Source of the DNA: Ignavibacteria bacterium
GTDB lineage: Bacteria; Bacteroidota; Ignavibacteria; UBA10030; SZUA-254
Length of the DNA stretch: 61,346 bases
Direction: 5' to 3'
NCBI GenBank assembly: GCA_016178625.1
Contig: JACOSX010000136.1
Location: 1-61,346, forward strand
Made by a program: the position numbers and the translations under genes. A model generated the notes under the pieces. It saw nothing but the letters and a program-made list of their open reading frames with translations. It was not told the origin of the DNA and searched no databases. Positions 60,612 to 61,346 of the stretch are shown in pieces (within the stretch, counting starts at the first letter, position 1; every line of letters begins with the position of its first letter).

Positions 60612-61079
60612 TTATGGTTTCCAGACAGAGAGAGCAAGGATGATCAGAAGGACGATCGGCATGACGACGTAAAAAAGGGTGAGCTGCTTCGTTTGAGTGT
60701 CGAGGAGTTCTTCGGCATTGGGAGGGGCCGATCCTTCCACCATGGATTTGACCAGCGCGCCCCGCTTGCGCGACTTCACGCCGAAAATGACGCCGCTGAT
60801 AACCGCGAACGCGTAGAAGATGATCTTCGCGGTGAGCCAGCCCGGGGCGAACAGCGTATACTGTCGCACCACCATGTTGCCGATGCCGGTCACCAGCAGA
60901 AGCAGCGATGCGATCGGGCTCAACAAGCCGATCGATCGCAAAGGACGGAGGATGATCGCCTTCGCCTGGAGGTCTTTCGCTTTCCGATATTGTATCTCGA
61001 GAAGGACGCCGGCGACTAAGGTTGTCATGAGCAATCCGAAGCCGAGGAGGTGCAGGAGCATTGAGAGCTGGTTTTCCAC
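60612..61079 (-). CDS. Four-TM membrane protein (DUF2269-like)
   Basis: LHLLG in TM1, LLVTG, WLTAK and C-terminal VWKP pattern. Confidence 0.65.
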   Translation of the reverse strand: MENQLSMLLHLLGFGLLMTTLVAGVLLEIQYRKAKDLQAKAIILRPLRSIGLLSPIASLLLLVTGIGNMVVRQYTLFAPGWLTAKIIFYAFAVISGVIFGVKSRKRGALVKSMVEGSAPPNAEELLDTQTKQLTLFYVVMPIVLLIILALSVWKP

Positions 61080-61346
61080 GAAACTTTATGCCTTTCCGCG
61101 ATGAGATGTTGACGTTCTTGGCTCATTCCACATGGTGTGCATGGTGTGGAATGACGGGGAATAAGATACAAAAAGTTTCTGAGAGTCTCAAGGGAAGCTC
61201 TGAATGCGAATTGCCCTATAAAAAAGGTAACCGAAGGGCGTTGAAAACTGATTCGTTGCCTCATAATATAGGTAACCCAAATACTACGAGGTTACCGGTG
61301 ACGAAACAGTCAAAAAAAGAATATCTCAACGACATGCGACAGCGCT

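Overview
A 61 kb, gene-dense chromosomal window from an FCB-group bacterium, most likely Ignavibacteria/Chlorobi-like. This is inferred from a T9SS C-terminal sorting domain, TonB/CarboxypepD_reg-type domains and a kds/lpt locus, together with canonical TTGACA/TATAAT-type promoters and Shine-Dalgarno sites. Most of the window is housekeeping: ispE, kdsA-kdsC-kdsD-lptC-lptA-lptB, purE, apaG, carB, uvrA, an RlmI-like methyltransferase, fbaB, a CCA enzyme, a TolC/MacA/ABC exporter with three permeases, and an aldehyde dehydrogenase. The strongest candidate for an undescribed system is a three-gene operon at 37884-39624 (-). It has a near-consensus sigma70 promoter, a 93-aa protein with an internal GCPSCG motif, a DUF692/MNIO multinuclear iron oxidative enzyme and a small partner protein, which together suggest a new RiPP or protein-modification system. 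Other notable items: carB split in two by an inserted Spy/CpxP-like gene; an ECF sigma factor paired with a chimeric ZAS anti-sigma/TonB-plug/VWA protein; a ~180-nt rod-like candidate ncRNA behind its own promoter; a lipoprotein gene frameshifted by a 194-bp palindromic insertion; a two-copy MITE with 8-bp target duplications; nested REP-like palindromes; and an orphan ABC-permease C-terminal remnant. No rRNA, tRNA, CRISPR array or transposase was recognised. All family calls come from reading motifs by eye; no database search was run.
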